Below, in pieces: positions 61,303 through 64,000 of a stretch of 64,000 nt of DNA (position 1 is its first letter; each line of letters starts with the position of its first letter). The notes under the pieces are model-generated. The model worked only from the letters and a program-made list of their open reading frames with translations. It did not search any database and was not told the origin of the DNA. A program made the position numbers and the translations under genes. Source of the stretch: Podarcis pityusensis (taxonomy: Eukaryota); assembly GCA_964106645.2 (NCBI GenBank), contig OZ067038.1; one strand, given 5' to 3'.

Positions 61303-62124
61303 CTATGGTATTTGAGAACATGCTGCAATGCTAGGATGTGCTGCTGTAACTCTGAACGAATGTTTGTCAGGTTAGCATTTAGGCAACAATGCTAATATAT
61401 GCTAAACTCAGAAACCAGATTGAGGCAAAATTCAGGGACAGACTTTGGTAATCTGTTGTAATGTGGTGCCTCGGGTGAGGACAAAATTTGGTGCCATTCA
61501 AAATGGATCTTCTCAGTTATGGATCTTCTCAATTTTTCTCCCCCTCAGCTTAGTGCCCTGTGCAGGGGGAATCACCAACACCACCCTAAATCTGGTGCTG
61601 CAAAACTGATTAGAAACGAGAGGGCCTTATGAAACTCAGACACCTACATGTACAACATATTGTTCCACAAGCAGGTGATGCAGGACCTTCATTAAGTACC
61701 TGTTCTTAATTATATTTGTGTTGTAATTATGATGCATAGCTCCTGGTGAGATCATGGCAGAGCTGTCAGTGACTCTGAGAGCTAAGAGGACTAGATGGGA
61801 AAAGATGGGAAAAGCAAGCCTAAAGAGAGCCTAGTCTTAATGCAATCCTAACTTTGTCTACTCAGAGAAAATCCTATTGAATTCAATGGGGTTTACTCCC
61901 AGGTAAAAGGGGTTATGATTGCAGCTGTTGCACAGGGAGTAGTACATTTTGCTTTGTGAGTTGTTGAATACAAGCATTTGCTTCTTGTGCTTTTTTTTAG
62001 TTTATTAGCAGAACTAATATCCTCAGACACATCTAGAAAGTCATGCAGCACAACCTTATGTAGGCTTACTCAGAAGTAAATCACAATGTGGTAGCAGTAG
62101 GAGGCCTCTTAAGTCTCTGTTTCA

Positions 62125-62303
62125 GCGTGGATCTACACACAGGAAAAAACACGATAAGTAAGTCACAAATTAAATCGTTACAAAAAACGAAAAAAAACAC
62201 TATGTAAAATCTCATAGAAAAAGTTTGTTCTACAGCACCATCTGGTGTTGCATGTTTATAACATTCAAAACACTGGTGTTTTTTTACTAATGTAGGTGAG
62301 TCA
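62125..62303. mobile_element. PIF/Harbinger-like MITE (copy 2)
   Basis: Termini gcgtggatctacac / tgtaggtgagtca, 3-bp TSD tca. Confidence 0.5.
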
Positions 62304-62749
62304 TCAGTGCCACCAGTTTTAACAGCAACCCTGTGCATATTTACTTCATACAAGTCCTGGTGAGTTCAGTGGGGCTTATCCTAAGCCAACAGCCATACAT
62401 ATAAAGTGCATGGTTTCCCCCAAATCCTAGCACAAACTACGGGGAAAGCTTTCAATGTATGGTGTGGATGTGAACCTTTTTTTCTGCACGAAAGTGTGCG
62501 TTCATTATAAAAAGTGGAATTGATAGTGTATGGGGAAATTTGGGAAATGTGATTTTTTTTGGGGGGGGAGAAATATCCAGTGCACAGTCATGGTTTGCCA
62601 AATAAAGTTATACTGATTTTTTTTTTTTAAGTCTTACAATAAAAATGTATTGGAGGCAGTGGTGGTTATTTATGGCTTTGATTTTGCGGGGGGGTGGTGT
62701 AGCCATTTTTAAAGAACATGTGTTGTACTTTATGGAGGTCCCTGGCAGA

Positions 62750-63900
62750 TGATTACCAAGGGGACGAGGGCGATGTGAAGGTGAACATCTCCCCTCCACG
62801 TATCCCTCGGCTAAGGGCTCGTTTCGCAGCAGACGATCTCAGAGCCCCGGAAGGAGGCGCCTCCTGACGCAGGCCTCTCCGTGGGCCCCTCCCCCTGCCT
62901 TCTTTCCCCGCCCTCCCGGTCGCGAGGACAGCGCCGATCCCGCTCTCTGCGTTCCATTCGTCAGCTCTGCTCCGCTTTTTGCGCCTGCCGTTCGATTGGC
63001 TCGGCACTCGGCATCTCCGCACTCGGCTGCTTAGGTGCTCGGCTAGGCGCCCTGGCCTTGGTAGTAACTCGGAGCAGCAGCAGCGGCGGCAGAAACTGCA
63101 GGGGGAGAGGCCGCCGTCGGATTTGGGTTGTCCCTCCCTGGACCAGGCCCCGACCAGCCCGGAGCGTGCCTCACGCCACCGCTCCGGTCCTCTCCGGGAT
63201 TCGAGGGCGCCAGGCCTTGGCCAGCCCCCCCCCGCCGCCTCAGGTAGGCTCTGGGCCTAGAGGCTCCGGGCCTGCCTCCTCTCTAGGGGGGTTGCCGGGC
63301 TCCCTCAACCGGCGGGGAGAGAAACGCGGCGGGTGGGGTCGGCCGGGGAGTTGGGGAGCCTGAGGCGAAGGGCGGGACGCGTTTCAGGAAGGGTCTCCTG
63401 GCGGCGTCGAGTTCCTCCGCTCCACCCCGCCCACCGCGGAGCCTCCCGCGGCCGCGTCTTTCTCGCGAGGAGGCTGCCTGGCTGTGGCCCCCGCGTCCTC
63501 CCCGCTCGGAGAACCGGCTAGCCAGACTCCTGGCGGCCTTGGCCTTCCTTCCCGGGACCCGCAGAGCGAGGCTCTGAAGGCCCGCCCTGTGTTGTTTCCG
63601 GAGCCGTCGGTCTAAATACGGGGAGGCAGCGCTTCCTTAATTTAAAATACATTCGGTTCCCCTCCGCCCACGTAAACAGTCGGCCGCACGATTTTTTCCC
63701 CTTTTTCAGGGATGCGAGGAGGAATTTTCGCAGCGGGATGTCTGTTTTCCTGTGCGAATGTGGCTCCGAGCCTGCCCGCGCTTCCTTGAGAGTAAGGCCT
63801 GGTGGGCACGGGGACCACGACGGCTTGGCTCTGAGGAAACGAGCACGAGATTGCAGGGAGAGTTGGCTGTTAGCTCGCTGGGGTCTCTCTGTACACGGGT
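62750..63900 (+). promoter_or_regulatory. AMBRA1: CpG island; probable AMBRA1 promoter and non-coding exon 1 (donor at 63244)
   Basis: CpG island with reverse CCAAT (~62995), CRE-like TGACGCA (~62865) and donor CTCAG|gtaggc. Gene identity is inferred only from conserved synteny ARHGAP1-ATG13-HARBI1-AMBRA1; no coding exon lies in the window. Confidence 0.7.
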
Positions 63901-64000
63901 CCTAATTAATTAATTATTATTAATTAAGAATAATTAAATGTGAAGTGGGTTGTGAGGCTTTGTATGTAGAAGAAGGTATTTGGTTCGGAGAACTCAAGCC

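Noticed and set aside
62753-63521. Overlapping ORFs in the AMBRA1-side CpG island and a G-quadruplex at ~63331-63356
   Set aside because: These are expected by-products of GC-rich promoter sequence, and no AMBRA1 coding sequence is recognised.

Overview
This is eukaryotic vertebrate DNA, most likely from a squamate (probably a lacertid lizard), judged from Sauria SINEs, BovB, a Squam3-like SINE and Penelope-like elements. It holds the conserved ARHGAP1 / ATG13 / HARBI1 / AMBRA1 block. ARHGAP1 (+) has 12 coding exons at 3771..22238 (435 aa). ATG13 (-) has 17 coding exons at 46688..30661 (550 aa with all cassette exons). HARBI1 (+), a domesticated Harbinger transposase, has 2 coding exons at 56693..58448 (348 aa) and shares a CpG-island bidirectional promoter with ATG13 at ~52.1-53.3 kb. 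A second CpG island at ~62.75-63.9 kb is by synteny the AMBRA1 promoter and first exon. Most ORF-track entries are spurious or repeat-derived. The most interesting unexplained structures are: (1) an ATF4-like uORF layout in the ATG13 leader, where a 45-nt candidate cassette exon would switch an overlapping uORF off; (2) a Penelope-like insertion forming an 81-bp near-perfect hairpin with a minimal hammerhead ribozyme on each strand; (3) an in-frame 30-nt candidate microexon in ARHGAP1; (4) a recursive-splice-like AG|GTGAGT site at the HARBI1 coding-exon acceptor; (5) Harbinger-type MITEs carrying CTCF-like motifs on both sides of the HARBI1 coding exons. All coordinates were read by hand and no searches were run.
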